This document shows positions 9,421-19,792 of a stretch of DNA of 54,154 nucleotides, one piece after another (the first letter of the stretch is position 1; each line of letters starts with the position of its first letter). The translations under genes were made by a program, and so were the position numbers. The notes under the pieces are model-generated. The model made no database searches and was not told the origin of the DNA. It saw nothing but the letters and a program-made list of their open reading frames with translations. The stretch lies in NCBI GenBank assembly GCA_016871975.1, contig VHBM01000001.1:1-54154 (forward strand), written 5' to 3'. The DNA is from Nitrososphaerota archaeon (lineage in GTDB: Archaea > Thermoproteota > Nitrososphaeria > Nitrososphaerales > Nitrosopumilaceae).

Positions 9421-10269
9421 TCATCCGTATGATTCGTATTTGACTTCAAAGCTTCCATCAGGGCGTTTTTCTCTTTCACTTACAAAGCCACGCGGTTTAA
9501 GAAAGTCCATCACGCCATCTATAGTTCCCTGCCAGCCACATATGTAAAATATCGTATTTTCTTTAGTGATTTTATCATTAACTAATTTCTCAAGTGGTGA
9601 GGGTCCACCATCTTTTGATCGCAAAAATGTCTCAACACGTCCTACCTGACCTCCCCATGATCGGTTAAACCATTCTTGAGGTCTGCTAATTGTTGCGCGG
9701 TATTTAAAATTCCATTTATTCTGTCCTTTATCGAGGCTTTCGTATTCTAGATCGGTTAGTAATTCTTTGTAGCCTAGCTCATCAACATAACTTGCTCCAT
9801 GTAGTACAACTACCTCCCTTTTGTCGCCAACTGCATGGAGATGTTGTGCATAGCTAACAAATGGTGCAAGACCAGTGCCTCCACCAATGCAGACTAGTCT
9901 TCTTTCATCCTTTTGTCCATTAGCAAGTGTGTCGTTAATGGTAAATGCGCCGGTAGGCTTGATCCAGTTTATCTCATCACCTTCTTTAGCATTAAACAGC
10001 TGTGTGGTTAAACGACCTGGCAGTGGCTTTCTTACCCATCTAATGTACAGCTCAATGTATTTTCGATTTTCAGGATGTGATGGAATTGAATATGCTCTTC
10101 TGATTATTTTATTTTCACTGGGTACATTCAATCCAATCGTTAAAAACTGACCAGGTTTGTAATCTGGAACAGGACCTTCTTTTGGAACAAGTCTGAATAT
10201 AGCTAAATCCTCTTTTAGTGATTGAATGTATGTTATGGTTGCTTTGTTATCTACTACCACTTCATTCAT
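9421..10269 (-). CDS. Ferredoxin-NADP+ reductase family oxidoreductase
   Basis: PGQF, RAYS FAD motif, GGTGLAP, YICG, C-terminal ESY. Confidence 0.92.
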   Translation of the reverse strand: MNEVVVDNKATITYIQSLKEDLAIFRLVPKEGPVPDYKPGQFLTIGLNVPSENKIIRRAYSIPSHPENRKYIELYIRWVRKPLPGRLTTQLFNAKEGDEINWIKPTGAFTINDTLANGQKDERRLVCIGGGTGLAPFVSYAQHLHAVGDKREVVVLHGASYVDELGYKELLTDLEYESLDKGQNKWNFKYRATISRPQEWFNRSWGGQVGRVETFLRSKDGGPSPLEKLVNDKITKENTIFYICGWQGTIDGVMDFLKPRGFVSEREKRPDGSFEVKYESYG

Positions 10270-10389
10270 CTAAGGTACTATGGTTAAATATCTTCTGTTG
10301 AATTTGCAAGAATCATTTAGAATTAGCTAAACGTTAATAGTGTAACCAAAAAATCAAAAGAGATCAGAATTTTTATTCTGATTGAAATT

Positions 10390-10463
10390 GGGCCGGTCGT
10401 CTAGCCTGGTAGGATACGCCCTTGGCATGGGTGAGATCGTGGGTTCAAATCCCGCCCGGTCCA
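10390..10463 (+). tRNA. tRNA-Ala (GGC)
   Basis: Acceptor GGGCCGG/CCGGTCC with G3:U70, anticodon arm CGCCC-TTGGCAT-GGGTG, T loop TTCAAAT. Confidence 0.95.
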
Positions 10464-10509
10464 CTTTATTTTCTAAAAAGATAATACAAACACGTAGACT
10501 GTAGGTTAC

Positions 10510-10583
10510 GGGGACGTAGGTTAGCTTGGTGGACTGCCAGCCTCGGGCGCTGGATGTCATGGGTTCAAGTCCCATCGTCCCCA
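10510..10583 (+). tRNA. tRNA-Pro (CGG)
   Basis: Acceptor GGGGACG/CGTCCCC, anticodon arm CCAGC-CTCGGGC-GCTGG, T loop TTCAAGT. Confidence 0.95.
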
Positions 10584-10629
10584 CAGAAAATTCAATCATT
10601 GAAATAGAACCAGTTGATACGTAAAGCAA

Positions 10630-11232
10630 TTGACCATTTGCATCTATCTTGCACATCTAAATCCAGTTACAAATGCTCATGTTGAAATCATAGAGGAGTT
10701 AAAAAAAGATGCACATGTTATAGTCATGCCAGTAATTTTTATGAAAAGTGATCAGGAAATAACAAGTCGCAGCTTTCCATTTAATTTTGAGATTAGAAAA
10801 AAAATGCTAGAGTCTGTATTTGGGACATCGATTACTGTCAAAAAAAATTATACGTTTTATGCACCGTTTGTCTGCTATTTGCCACCACTAATTTCTCCAC
10901 GATCTTGGTCGTTGCGAAATCAAATTCTTGATGGGATAAATGATGACTATTTTACGTACACTGGTGACAAGGCTGAAGGATACATGCTAAAGCTTTATCG
11001 ATTAAATCCCAAGATAGGTGTGCGAAAGGAACTATCTGCCTCATCTGTAAAGGAAAAGCTGTATGATGTTGCAACTGGCAAAAATACAGACTGGAAAGAA
11101 AATGTCCCGCAACAGGTTGTACAGATAATTGAACAAAACTGGAATGTCTTAGAGAGATATAGCAAGACGGAAGATAGAACAACTAAGATTTTAGGAATGA
11201 AATTTCCAAATGATGGTATGTGGTCAAAATAG
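10630..11232 (+). CDS. Cytidylyltransferase-like nucleotidyltransferase (HIGH superfamily)
   Basis: N-terminal AHLNPVTNAH (HxGH-like), PFNFEIRKKML, SASSVK and VPQQV, resembling NMNAT/PPAT. Confidence 0.8.
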   Translation: MTICIYLAHLNPVTNAHVEIIEELKKDAHVIVMPVIFMKSDQEITSRSFPFNFEIRKKMLESVFGTSITVKKNYTFYAPFVCYLPPLISPRSWSLRNQILDGINDDYFTYTGDKAEGYMLKLYRLNPKIGVRKELSASSVKEKLYDVATGKNTDWKENVPQQVVQIIEQNWNVLERYSKTEDRTTKILGMKFPNDGMWSK

Positions 11233-11261
11233 ATTAATTATAGGTGATTTTGAGAATTTTT

Positions 11262-12173
11262 GTGAAATTTCCTATTTCAAAATTTATCTGGTTTGATGGC
11301 AAATATGTTACAACTGAAAAAGCGAAAGTTCCTGTAACAACACATGCCATACATTATGGAACTTCAATCTTTGAGGGGATTCGCGGTTATTGGAACTCTG
11401 AAAATCTATACATTTTCAGATTAGCTGATCATCTAAAGCGATTTAGAAACTCAGGAAAATTCTATTCTATTTCCCTTAATTTTTCTGATAACCAAATATC
11501 CAATGCTATTGTTAAGCTGTGTAGAAAAAACAACATTAGACGACCCTGCTATATTAGACCGTTTTATTTTGTTGGCCAATATGGAATAAATTTTCATGTA
11601 AATGAAAAGTCGCCAACTCATGTAGCCATATATACCGCACTTTTCGGGGATTTGTTCAACAAAAATGGGATAACTACCTGTGTTTCTTCTTGGCGAAAAT
11701 TTAGCGATGCGACAACGCCCACACAAGCAAAAATGGGTGGGAACTATCTCAATTCAGTTTTGGCAACTCAGGAATGCAAAAGAAAGGGGTTTGATGAGGC
11801 AATACTTTTAGATCTTGCAGGAAATGTCAGTGAAGCACCAGGTGAAAATATCTTTCTTGTAAGAGACGGACAGTTGTTTACTCCGCCTATCAGCTCATCA
11901 GCACTTGATGGAATTACAAGAGACACAATAATTACATTGGCTCATGACATGGGTTACAAGACAACCATTAAAAAAATTCCAAAAAGGGAATTATACTTGG
12001 CAGATGAGATATTTCTAACCGGTACTGCTGCAGAGATTACTCCAATTATTCAGATTGATCATAAAAAAATTGGCAAGGTGGGAGAAATAACAAAAAGCAT
12101 GATGACTGCGTATAATGATGTAGTGATGAATAAAAATGACAGATATGCTAGCTGGTTGACTGCAGTGTATTAG
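11262..12173 (+). CDS. ilvE: Branched-chain amino acid aminotransferase
   Basis: HYGTSIFEG, AKMGGNY PLP lysine, EAPGENIF, LDGITR, GTAAEI. GTG start at 11262; ORF opens at 11244. Confidence 0.96.
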   Translation: MKFPISKFIWFDGKYVTTEKAKVPVTTHAIHYGTSIFEGIRGYWNSENLYIFRLADHLKRFRNSGKFYSISLNFSDNQISNAIVKLCRKNNIRRPCYIRPFYFVGQYGINFHVNEKSPTHVAIYTALFGDLFNKNGITTCVSSWRKFSDATTPTQAKMGGNYLNSVLATQECKRKGFDEAILLDLAGNVSEAPGENIFLVRDGQLFTPPISSSALDGITRDTIITLAHDMGYKTTIKKIPKRELYLADEIFLTGTAAEITPIIQIDHKKIGKVGEITKSMMTAYNDVVMNKNDRYASWLTAVY

Positions 12174-12174
12174 A

Positions 12175-13110
12175 ATGAAGGTTGTACAAATTGGAACAGG
12201 AGGGTGGGGTAAAAATCACACACGCGTTCTTTCCCAGATTGGTGTGCTTTCTGCAGTGTGCGATACAAACAAGGAACGAAGCAAGGAATTTGGACAAAAA
12301 TATTCTGTAAATCACTACGATTCTGTTGACTCACTTTTAAATTCAGAAAAGTTTGATGCTGCCTTTATTTGTACGCCTACCTCAACGCATACACAAATTG
12401 CAACACAGTTACTCCAGCAAAAAAAACATGTATTTGTAGAAAAGCCAATGACATACAACTCAGAAGAAGGTAATGATCTACTCAAGCTTGCACAAAAAAA
12501 CAATGTCTTGTTAACATGTGGTTACATTGAGAGGTTCAATCCTGCAGTAAACTCTGTAAAAAAATATGTTGATTCAAAAAAGTTTGGCGACCTTATCATG
12601 TTAGAGTTTCATCGCGAAAATAGAATGCCGCTTCACATAAAAGATGTTGGCATAATTTATGATACAGCGGTTCACGATATCGATACTGCAATGTGGTTGT
12701 TTAATGATATGCCAGAAGTTGTGTTTGCACGAGCTGGCAAGATCCGACATGACCATGAAGATTTTGCAACAATTATGCTTGGATTCAAAAACAACAAGAT
12801 TGCAATAATCTCATCCAACTGGATTACGCCAAAAAGGGTACGACACTTTAATGCAATTTGCACCGATGGGATAATCTCGTCTGACTTTATTACACAAGAA
12901 ATTAGAATTGACACTGAGAAAAATTCCGAGATCCCACGAAATGAAAAACAAGAACCATTACTTGTAGAAATCAAAAACTTTGTTGGTGCTGTCAATGGAA
13001 AAAATGAACTTATTGTAAAACCTGAAGATGCCGTAAATGTTACAAAAATAGCAGAAGCTGCACTTTTATCAAGCAAGCAAGGGGCTCCAATCTATCTTGA
13101 TCTAAAATGA
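12175..13110 (+). CDS. Gfo/Idh/MocA oxidoreductase (WbpB/WlbA-like)
   Basis: GTGGWG Rossmann motif, EKP, ERFNPA, D-x-x-x-HDID. Confidence 0.9.
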   Translation: MKVVQIGTGGWGKNHTRVLSQIGVLSAVCDTNKERSKEFGQKYSVNHYDSVDSLLNSEKFDAAFICTPTSTHTQIATQLLQQKKHVFVEKPMTYNSEEGNDLLKLAQKNNVLLTCGYIERFNPAVNSVKKYVDSKKFGDLIMLEFHRENRMPLHIKDVGIIYDTAVHDIDTAMWLFNDMPEVVFARAGKIRHDHEDFATIMLGFKNNKIAIISSNWITPKRVRHFNAICTDGIISSDFITQEIRIDTEKNSEIPRNEKQEPLLVEIKNFVGAVNGKNELIVKPEDAVNVTKIAEAALLSSKQGAPIYLDLK

Positions 13111-13376
13111 ACAAAAAAATGCTTGATATTCTTGCATGTCCTTTAGACAAATATCATCCATTGGAAATTTTTGAAGTGGATTCAAAAGATGAGATAGTGA
13201 TAGAAGGTGCGTTATACTGCATAAAATGTTCCAGATTTTATCCAATAATTGAGGAGATTCCGATTATGCTTCCTGATGAGCTACGTGATAAAAAACAAGA
13301 TGTTGATTTTCTTCAAAAAAATCAGAAAAAACTGCCTGAAAAAATAATTAAACAGGCATCTCCATGGCATCTGTGA
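13107..13376 (+). CDS. Trm112 family methyltransferase activator
   Basis: LDILACP...GALYC-x-x-C-x-RFYPI-x-x-x-IP-x-ML. Confidence 0.92.
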   Translation: MNKKMLDILACPLDKYHPLEIFEVDSKDEIVIEGALYCIKCSRFYPIIEEIPIMLPDELRDKKQDVDFLQKNQKKLPEKIIKQASPWHL

Positions 13377-13382
13377 TATCTT

Positions 13383-13859
13383 TTGGTTACTAATTTCGTA
13401 TCAAAAAAAGCAAAGATTGGCAAAAATGTAAAGATCTGGCATTTCACATATGTTGGAGACAACACTGTAATTGGAGATAATGTCAAGGTTGGTTCCCTTG
13501 CTCATATTGACTATGATGTAAGAATTGGTGCAAACTCTATGATTGAAGGTATGGTCTACATTCCTCCAAAATCAAGAATTGGAAAAAATGTCTTTATCGG
13601 ACCTGCTGCTACACTAACAAACGATCCTTACCCTCCAAGTCAAAAACTAATTGGGGTTACAATCAAAGATGGTGCAATCATTGGATCATGTGCAGTCATC
13701 AAGGCCGGAGTAACAATTGGCAAAAATAGTGTTGTCGGAATGGGTGCGGTGGTTACAAAAGATGTGCCAGCTGGAGTTGTTGTTTTAGGTGTTCCTGCAA
13801 AAAAAAGATATTTGCGAGATGAATACAATAGAAAACAAAAAAAATGGAAAAATAGCTAA
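13383..13859 (+). CDS. Hexapeptide-repeat N-acetyltransferase (WbpD/WlbB-like)
   Basis: Left-handed beta-helix hexapeptides, KIWHF, TNDPYP, VTKDVP-x-x-x-x-x-x-GVPA. Confidence 0.9.
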   Translation: MVTNFVSKKAKIGKNVKIWHFTYVGDNTVIGDNVKVGSLAHIDYDVRIGANSMIEGMVYIPPKSRIGKNVFIGPAATLTNDPYPPSQKLIGVTIKDGAIIGSCAVIKAGVTIGKNSVVGMGAVVTKDVPAGVVVLGVPAKKRYLRDEYNRKQKKWKNS

Positions 13860-14089
13860 GATTTAAGTTGTTTTTGGAATATCCAGTTTTTTACTTTTGA
13901 TAAAATAAAGATCCAAGCTGCAATAATCAAAAGTGCAATTGCAATCTTGATGCCAGAGTTTAGTATCGGATCGAATCCATCAGAACCTCCAAAAGAAAGC
14001 GGTCCTACCATCACAACCATAAGACCACCACCAACTAGGATCAATAACCACATTGCAAATACAAATACGTAAACCAGTCCTGCTATCAT
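13856..14089 (-). CDS. Small two-TM membrane protein
   Basis: Two hydrophobic helices; start overlaps the upstream stop (ATGA). Confidence 0.75.
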   Translation of the reverse strand: MIAGLVYVFVFAMWLLILVGGGLMVVMVGPLSFGGSDGFDPILNSGIKIAIALLIIAAWIFILSKVKNWIFQKQLKS

Positions 14090-15075
14090 ATTCGCACATC
14101 CATTAAAAAGGCAGTAATCACAGCCAAGATACCAGAAAAAATAGCTAGTTTGAATATAACAAAGCCAATTTCCTTTTCAGTCAGTGGTTTTGCTGCAACA
14201 ATTAGCCTAACAATAGTGGTCGGGGCATCCTTGTCATGGGTAGCCCCAAGCTTGTAATCATCGGAAAGAAAAGTAGGATTTTTTATCTGTCTGTGTTCTA
14301 CGATTTTTTTCATGCTGCTTAAAAACAAAAATGAGTTCATTATAGCAGGAAGAAGTGCTACTGCTGCAATCACTTCTACATGGCCGACAATTGCGATTGC
14401 TCCATATGTTGCCCCAAAAACTAGTGCTCCTGAATCCCCAGGAAAAATTCTACTTGGAAATTTGTGATATCTGTAAAATGCGAGTGAAACAAAGCCCAGT
14501 GCTAAACTTGCAATTGCAATTTCATAATTTTGCATTACAAATAATGCTGCACTTAATGCAAAGCTTGCAATTGATGTAAAACCACTTGCAATTCCATTTA
14601 AAACATCAATCGAGTTTATTGTATTTCCTGTAATTGGAATCATGAAAATCACAAGACCAATGTACAAAACTGGAATTTTTACAAAACCAAATAATGGAAA
14701 TGCCAATCCAGGATCATAGGCACCAAGTAAAAGAATTGGTATTGCACAGAACGCAAGTGCTACAGGTTTGAACCATCCACCCATAACTTTTCTGTCGTCA
14801 ACTATTCCAACACAAAATGCAAGTGATGATGTTATTACAATAGCTAAAATGTGGATCGATGGAAAAAATGCATAAAGTATAAGCTCTGATGCTATGACTC
14901 CGATTATGATTGAAATTCCTCCAGGTCTTGCAACCATGGCACCTCCTTTTCGGTTATAGTCTTTTACCACAAGGTTTCTTTTTTCTAAATATTTTATCAG
15001 AAATGGAGTTATTACAAAGACTGAAAAAAACGCCACAATAGAGACAAGTACTGCTGTTATGATTTGATCTTCCAA
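14086..15075 (-). CDS. UDP-GlcNAc:dolichyl-phosphate GlcNAc-1-P transferase (MraY/GPT family, AglH-like)
   Basis: GIVDD, NTINSIDVLNG, IFPGDSG motifs; multi-TM. Confidence 0.9.
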   Translation of the reverse strand: MEDQIITAVLVSIVAFFSVFVITPFLIKYLEKRNLVVKDYNRKGGAMVARPGGISIIIGVIASELILYAFFPSIHILAIVITSSLAFCVGIVDDRKVMGGWFKPVALAFCAIPILLLGAYDPGLAFPLFGFVKIPVLYIGLVIFMIPITGNTINSIDVLNGIASGFTSIASFALSAALFVMQNYEIAIASLALGFVSLAFYRYHKFPSRIFPGDSGALVFGATYGAIAIVGHVEVIAAVALLPAIMNSFLFLSSMKKIVEHRQIKNPTFLSDDYKLGATHDKDAPTTIVRLIVAAKPLTEKEIGFVIFKLAIFSGILAVITAFLMDVRI

Positions 15076-17202
15076 TTAACTTTCCTTTCGTAGTTGAGAT
15101 TTTATGTTCTCTGCAATTGTAGGGCCTATTTTATCAATTTCTGCCAATTTATTCACCGGTATTTTGGAAAGATCTGAAATAGTTTTGATGTTATTTCTGT
15201 AAAGTCTCCTAGCTCGTACACGACCGATTCCCTTTATCTTTACAAGCTCGATTAATTCCTCCTTTATCCCATAGGCTAGTCTTTTTCGCAAAATTGTAAG
15301 CTCATCAAGTAGATCTGCTCTGCCTACTAGTTTTGCAAGCTCATATAGGCAATAAACGAGCCAATCTCCGTTTTCTACCATTCTGTGAATGTCGCCTGCC
15401 TCTACGTTTAGTGTGTCAGATAATGATATTTCAGAAGATTCGCTAATCCATGCGTGTATGGCCAAAAGGCTTCGATTGCAATCATATTCTGATATTGGCT
15501 TAATTAGCTCAGATGAGTGATTTTCAAGCAAAACACTCAATTTTTCAAAATCTTTGTTTCTGAGGGAAAGTTTTGGAAAAAATTCATCAGAGTATGTAAT
15601 CAAGTGTAAAAAACCAAAGGTGTGTTTTCTTTTTTCTGATACTGAATCTAGCGCGTCTCTAAAGTATGTTGCAGTTAGTGGATCTATGTATAGTTTTGAA
15701 ACCTTCTGCCCAAACTCTGTCGCAACAAATCTATCGCCTTTTTCAATGATCAAACCTTCATTTAAAAGAAATTTCAATGCTAGTGTTATTGCAAATTTTA
15801 TTGATGATTTACTTGACTGTAATCCTCCTAATGTTTGCAAAAAGAAATTTATGATTTCATCATTTTGTATTCCAGGGGTTGTAACAATCAGGCTAAGAAC
15901 ATGAATCCTGATTGCTTTGTCATCAGTTATCTTTGACTCTATTGGCTCTGGTTCTCCTTTGATATAATAGTCCAGTAGCTCGTCGCTGTTTGCGTTTCCA
16001 ACTATTATTGATTCACCATATTCATCATACTGCGGTCTTCCTGCTCTTCCACAAAGTTGTTTGTATTCTAGAACACTAATCGGTTTGTTTGTTCCGTAAC
16101 GTGCATCATATCTGTTTATGTTTGATATAACGACGCGTCTTGCTGGGAGATTCACACCTGCTGCAAGGGTAGGGGTTGAAGTAAGAAGTTTTATCTTGCC
16201 ATTTCGAAATTCCTCTTCTATTGTTTCTCTACAGTTTTGATTTAAACCAGCATGATGAAATGCCACTCCTCTTTTTACTAGTTTTGCTAGAGTCTTGACA
16301 AGTTCGGTGTGTTCGTTATCTGAAAGAATTTTCTCCGAAATTTTTTCAAGCTCCTCAATTTCTGCATCTTTAAGATATTTTGCGATGGCTTCTGCAGCCT
16401 TTGTTGCAAGCGAAGCAGAACGTGTTCTTGTTTCTGCAAAAAGCAATGATTGGCCACCATCTTTTACCGACTCTACACCCAAATCAACAGGAGGGCCTCT
16501 AATGCTTGATTCAACCTCAAAGTATCGTCCATCATGCATAATCACACTGCCATGGTCGTAAACGCCTTCAGCAAGAGGCACGGGCCTCCAGTTAGTAGTA
16601 ACTGCCTCACATCCCAGCCATTTTGATAGTTCTTCTACGTTTGTTATTGTTGCACTAAGGGCAAGTATTTGTGGTTTTGATCCTAATAGCTTTAGTTTTG
16701 TTAGAATCATCTCAAGTGTTGGGCCTCTGTCAGCATCACCAATAAGATGTGCCTCATCAGCTACTACAAGCCCTATGTCATTTATCCAATCTGCACCATG
16801 CCGCATAATAGAATCCATTTTTTCATTTGTTAAAATCAATACATCATTTTTTGCAAGTGTTGAATCATTAGAGTCATAATCTCCAGTTGAGATCTGAGTT
16901 TTGATTTTTTTCCCAATATCCAATGACTCTAGTTTCTTAAACTCGGAAAACTTTTCTGCTGCAAGTGCTCTTAATGGTGTAAGATATACTACTTTGCCAG
17001 AGTTTGAGGAAAGATAATGGATTATTGCAATAGTTGCAATGAGTGTTTTTCCACTAGCAGTTGGTGATGAAACAAGGAGACTTTTTCCATCCAATAGTCC
17101 TGCCTTAATACTGTCTTCCTGCGGAGGAAAAAGATTCGAATATCCTTGTTGAGAAAGAAAATCGTTTGCTTGTTTTGGAAGTTGTAGTTCAGCTATCTTC
17201 AT
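15076..17202 (-). CDS. hel308: Ski2-like DNA helicase Hel308/Hjm
   Basis: PTASGKT, DEAH, LSAT, FHHAGL, TLAAGVNLPA, GRAGRPQYD, C-terminal HhH GIGRVRARRL. Confidence 0.95.
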   Translation of the reverse strand: MKIAELQLPKQANDFLSQQGYSNLFPPQEDSIKAGLLDGKSLLVSSPTASGKTLIATIAIIHYLSSNSGKVVYLTPLRALAAEKFSEFKKLESLDIGKKIKTQISTGDYDSNDSTLAKNDVLILTNEKMDSIMRHGADWINDIGLVVADEAHLIGDADRGPTLEMILTKLKLLGSKPQILALSATITNVEELSKWLGCEAVTTNWRPVPLAEGVYDHGSVIMHDGRYFEVESSIRGPPVDLGVESVKDGGQSLLFAETRTRSASLATKAAEAIAKYLKDAEIEELEKISEKILSDNEHTELVKTLAKLVKRGVAFHHAGLNQNCRETIEEEFRNGKIKLLTSTPTLAAGVNLPARRVVISNINRYDARYGTNKPISVLEYKQLCGRAGRPQYDEYGESIIVGNANSDELLDYYIKGEPEPIESKITDDKAIRIHVLSLIVTTPGIQNDEIINFFLQTLGGLQSSKSSIKFAITLALKFLLNEGLIIEKGDRFVATEFGQKVSKLYIDPLTATYFRDALDSVSEKRKHTFGFLHLITYSDEFFPKLSLRNKDFEKLSVLLENHSSELIKPISEYDCNRSLLAIHAWISESSEISLSDTLNVEAGDIHRMVENGDWLVYCLYELAKLVGRADLLDELTILRKRLAYGIKEELIELVKIKGIGRVRARRLYRNNIKTISDLSKIPVNKLAEIDKIGPTIAENIKSQLRKES

Positions 17203-19277
17203 ACCCGGTTATAATGACCGGGTTTTGATTCATAAATAGATGCCTCACGGAGCATGCGTTTAAGATAGCTTCTTGCTTCATCTTCAGTGAATTTACCTGA
17301 TTTCACAAGCTCTTTTATGAATAATTTTTCTTCAACAGCCATCTTGTTTTCTCCTTCAAGTGACTTTAGTACATCCATGAATAGTTGCATCTTTGATACC
17401 TCACTTCGTGGTCTTCCCTGAAGAACACCAAGATCAACTTTGCCTGTGTTTACATCTACTCCTGCATCACGCAACATGCTTTCAATTAGAAATATTGCTC
17501 GTTCTGCATCTTCTGCTTCTACTTGATCTTTCATAAGCAGTCTTGCTCTGGCTGTAGCAAGTCTTATGAGACCTTCAAGCTGCCTAGGGGTTACTGTAAT
17601 CATTTCTTCTGACTCGACATTTCTCATTTTCATGTAATACTCTAGAATTTTTTCTTCTGCATCTTTTGTTAGAACTGGTTCAATCCTTTTTGCATATGCT
17701 AGGTATTTTGTAAGTATGTCAACATCAATCAGTGAGCGTGTTTCAATTCCTGACGGCGAATGTAAGTTAATGATGTGTTTTGCAATTTTTGTGTCTCTTT
17801 CCTTTGATGGGATATCTCTTACAACAAAGATTAAGTCAAATCTTGTTAAAAGTGGAATTGGTAGGTTTACATTTTCTGTGATATTTTTGAATGGATCATA
17901 CTTGCCATACATTGGGTTTGCGGCGGCAAGAATCGATGTTCTTGCGTTTAGTGTTGCAACGATCCCTCCTTTTGCAATGCTTGCAGACTGTTGCTCCATT
18001 ACTTCGTGAAGTGCACTTCGATCTTCTGGTTTCATCTTATCAAATTCATCAATGCATACTAGTCCTTGATCACCTAAAACAACTGCACCTGCTTCAAGCA
18101 TCATGATTCCTGTTTTGTCTCGAACTACTGCTGCCGTAAGACCAGCAGCTGTTGAGCCTCTGCCTGATGTGTATAATCCTCTTGGTGCAATCCTTGCACA
18201 AAACTTTAGCATTTCGCTTTTTGCAGTACCAGGATCTCCTACAAGAAAGATGTTGATGTCGCCTCTGATCTTTGCTCCATCTTGAAGTAGTCTTTGTGTT
18301 GAACCAACAACTAGCAAAAGAATTGATTCTTTGATAATCGAGTGTCCTTGTATGTGAGGTGCAAAAGAGTCAACTAGTCTATCGTAAATGTCTGGATTTG
18401 TCGAAAGTGATTTGATTATCTTTTCTTCTTCTGGTGAGATTTCTTCTCTTTCTGTTTTTCTTGAGCTCTTTATACCTCTGCCACCTAGAAATTCGATGTT
18501 GTTTCCATCTATTCTGAGTCTGTAAAGACCACTTGTTGTTCTTGCACCTGCAATCTGATCCTGTTCTATTCTGACAATGCCTGTTAGTATAATACGGTCA
18601 CCAGGTCTTGCATTGTCAACAAGATCCTGCTTTATGCTTACATCTACATAATGAGGAAGCTGTCCAGGTGGCAGATCTTCTGGAAGTTCCTGTAGTCTAA
18701 GAATTTGAAAATCAATAAACCTGCTTGATTCTGGGTCAATTCTAAATTCCTTTTGTGCACACTTTGGATCTGAACATTTTGTTGGTGTGTTTACACTCAG
18801 ACCTTTAAGTAAAATCATATGAGTTTTGTGACCTATTGGACACTTGTAGATAATTTCTTTAGCTAGAGGTTTTATCTCAGAAGATCGAACTACCATTCCA
18901 GAAACACTTGTCATCTTGTTGATGATCTCTGCGTTTATTTGACGAAGACTACGCTGAATTGGAAAGTTTATGATTCTCGCTCTAATCTCGTCTTTGATCT
19001 TTTCTGCATATTGTGGAAATCTTTCTTGAAGAATCTCTTTTATTGCCCTTGCAAAGGCATCTAGTATCTCGTCTGGATTTTCATTGAATTTTGACTCGAT
19101 TGTAGAGTTTGAAACAAGGTCGTTATAATCAACAACTATGTATCTAGAGTCCTTTGGCAACATGTGGTCGATTTGCTCGACATACTTGTATGAGCCGTCT
19201 TTTTCCTTAAACTGCCTGAGAAATTCCTTTACCTCATCTGATAATGCCGATGGTGTTGGTATTTCTAATGCGGTCAC
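17199..19277 (-). CDS. mcm: Replicative helicase MCM (no intein)
   Basis: GDPGTAKS, IDEFDKM, AAANP, LLTRFD, TPRQLE. Confidence 0.98.
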   Translation of the reverse strand: MTALEIPTPSALSDEVKEFLRQFKEKDGSYKYVEQIDHMLPKDSRYIVVDYNDLVSNSTIESKFNENPDEILDAFARAIKEILQERFPQYAEKIKDEIRARIINFPIQRSLRQINAEIINKMTSVSGMVVRSSEIKPLAKEIIYKCPIGHKTHMILLKGLSVNTPTKCSDPKCAQKEFRIDPESSRFIDFQILRLQELPEDLPPGQLPHYVDVSIKQDLVDNARPGDRIILTGIVRIEQDQIAGARTTSGLYRLRIDGNNIEFLGGRGIKSSRKTEREEISPEEEKIIKSLSTNPDIYDRLVDSFAPHIQGHSIIKESILLLVVGSTQRLLQDGAKIRGDINIFLVGDPGTAKSEMLKFCARIAPRGLYTSGRGSTAAGLTAAVVRDKTGIMMLEAGAVVLGDQGLVCIDEFDKMKPEDRSALHEVMEQQSASIAKGGIVATLNARTSILAAANPMYGKYDPFKNITENVNLPIPLLTRFDLIFVVRDIPSKERDTKIAKHIINLHSPSGIETRSLIDVDILTKYLAYAKRIEPVLTKDAEEKILEYYMKMRNVESEEMITVTPRQLEGLIRLATARARLLMKDQVEAEDAERAIFLIESMLRDAGVDVNTGKVDLGVLQGRPRSEVSKMQLFMDVLKSLEGENKMAVEEKLFIKELVKSGKFTEDEARSYLKRMLREASIYESKPGHYNRV

Positions 19278-19792
19278 TTTGTATCACCTAAAATCTGTTT
19301 TCTAAAGTCCGTTGCGTTCTTGTAAATATTTTCATAGAAGAGTCGCTCCTCAATGGTCAGCTTTTGAGAAAGATTCGCAGTTAATTTTGATGAATCTGCA
19401 AGGTGAACTATTTTTCCTTGTCTTTTTCTAAGCAAAGTGTTTAGCATGCTTTCTACCTTGTCAAAGTCTTGTTGTGGCAGAGTTTTCATGTATGATTTTA
19501 GTCTAATGTAAAAGTGAGGATCCAAAGTAGCTAATTCAAATTCGCCTTGTACATTTTCTTTTACCATAGCCTGTTTTAGTTCTACTACCATATCGGCATC
19601 CTCGATTTTTGCGTGTCTTTCTGATTCGAGCACTCGAGCTATCCATCTTGGGACATTGAGAATTTCTCCCTGTTTTCCTTCAATTTCAATTCCACTAATG
19701 TTTAGCTTGATATCATGATTTAGAATAATCTTGACCTCTTCCAGACTATACCCTGTGGTATGTACCTTTACCATATCTTGTGCTTCGATCAT
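19274..19792 (-). CDS. GINS complex subunit (Gins23 type)
   Basis: N-terminal beta domain with VPRWIA, L-x-PHFY, RQGKI; directly upstream of and overlapping mcm. Confidence 0.88.
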   Translation of the reverse strand: MIEAQDMVKVHTTGYSLEEVKIILNHDIKLNISGIEIEGKQGEILNVPRWIARVLESERHAKIEDADMVVELKQAMVKENVQGEFELATLDPHFYIRLKSYMKTLPQQDFDKVESMLNTLLRKRQGKIVHLADSSKLTANLSQKLTIEERLFYENIYKNATDFRKQILGDTK

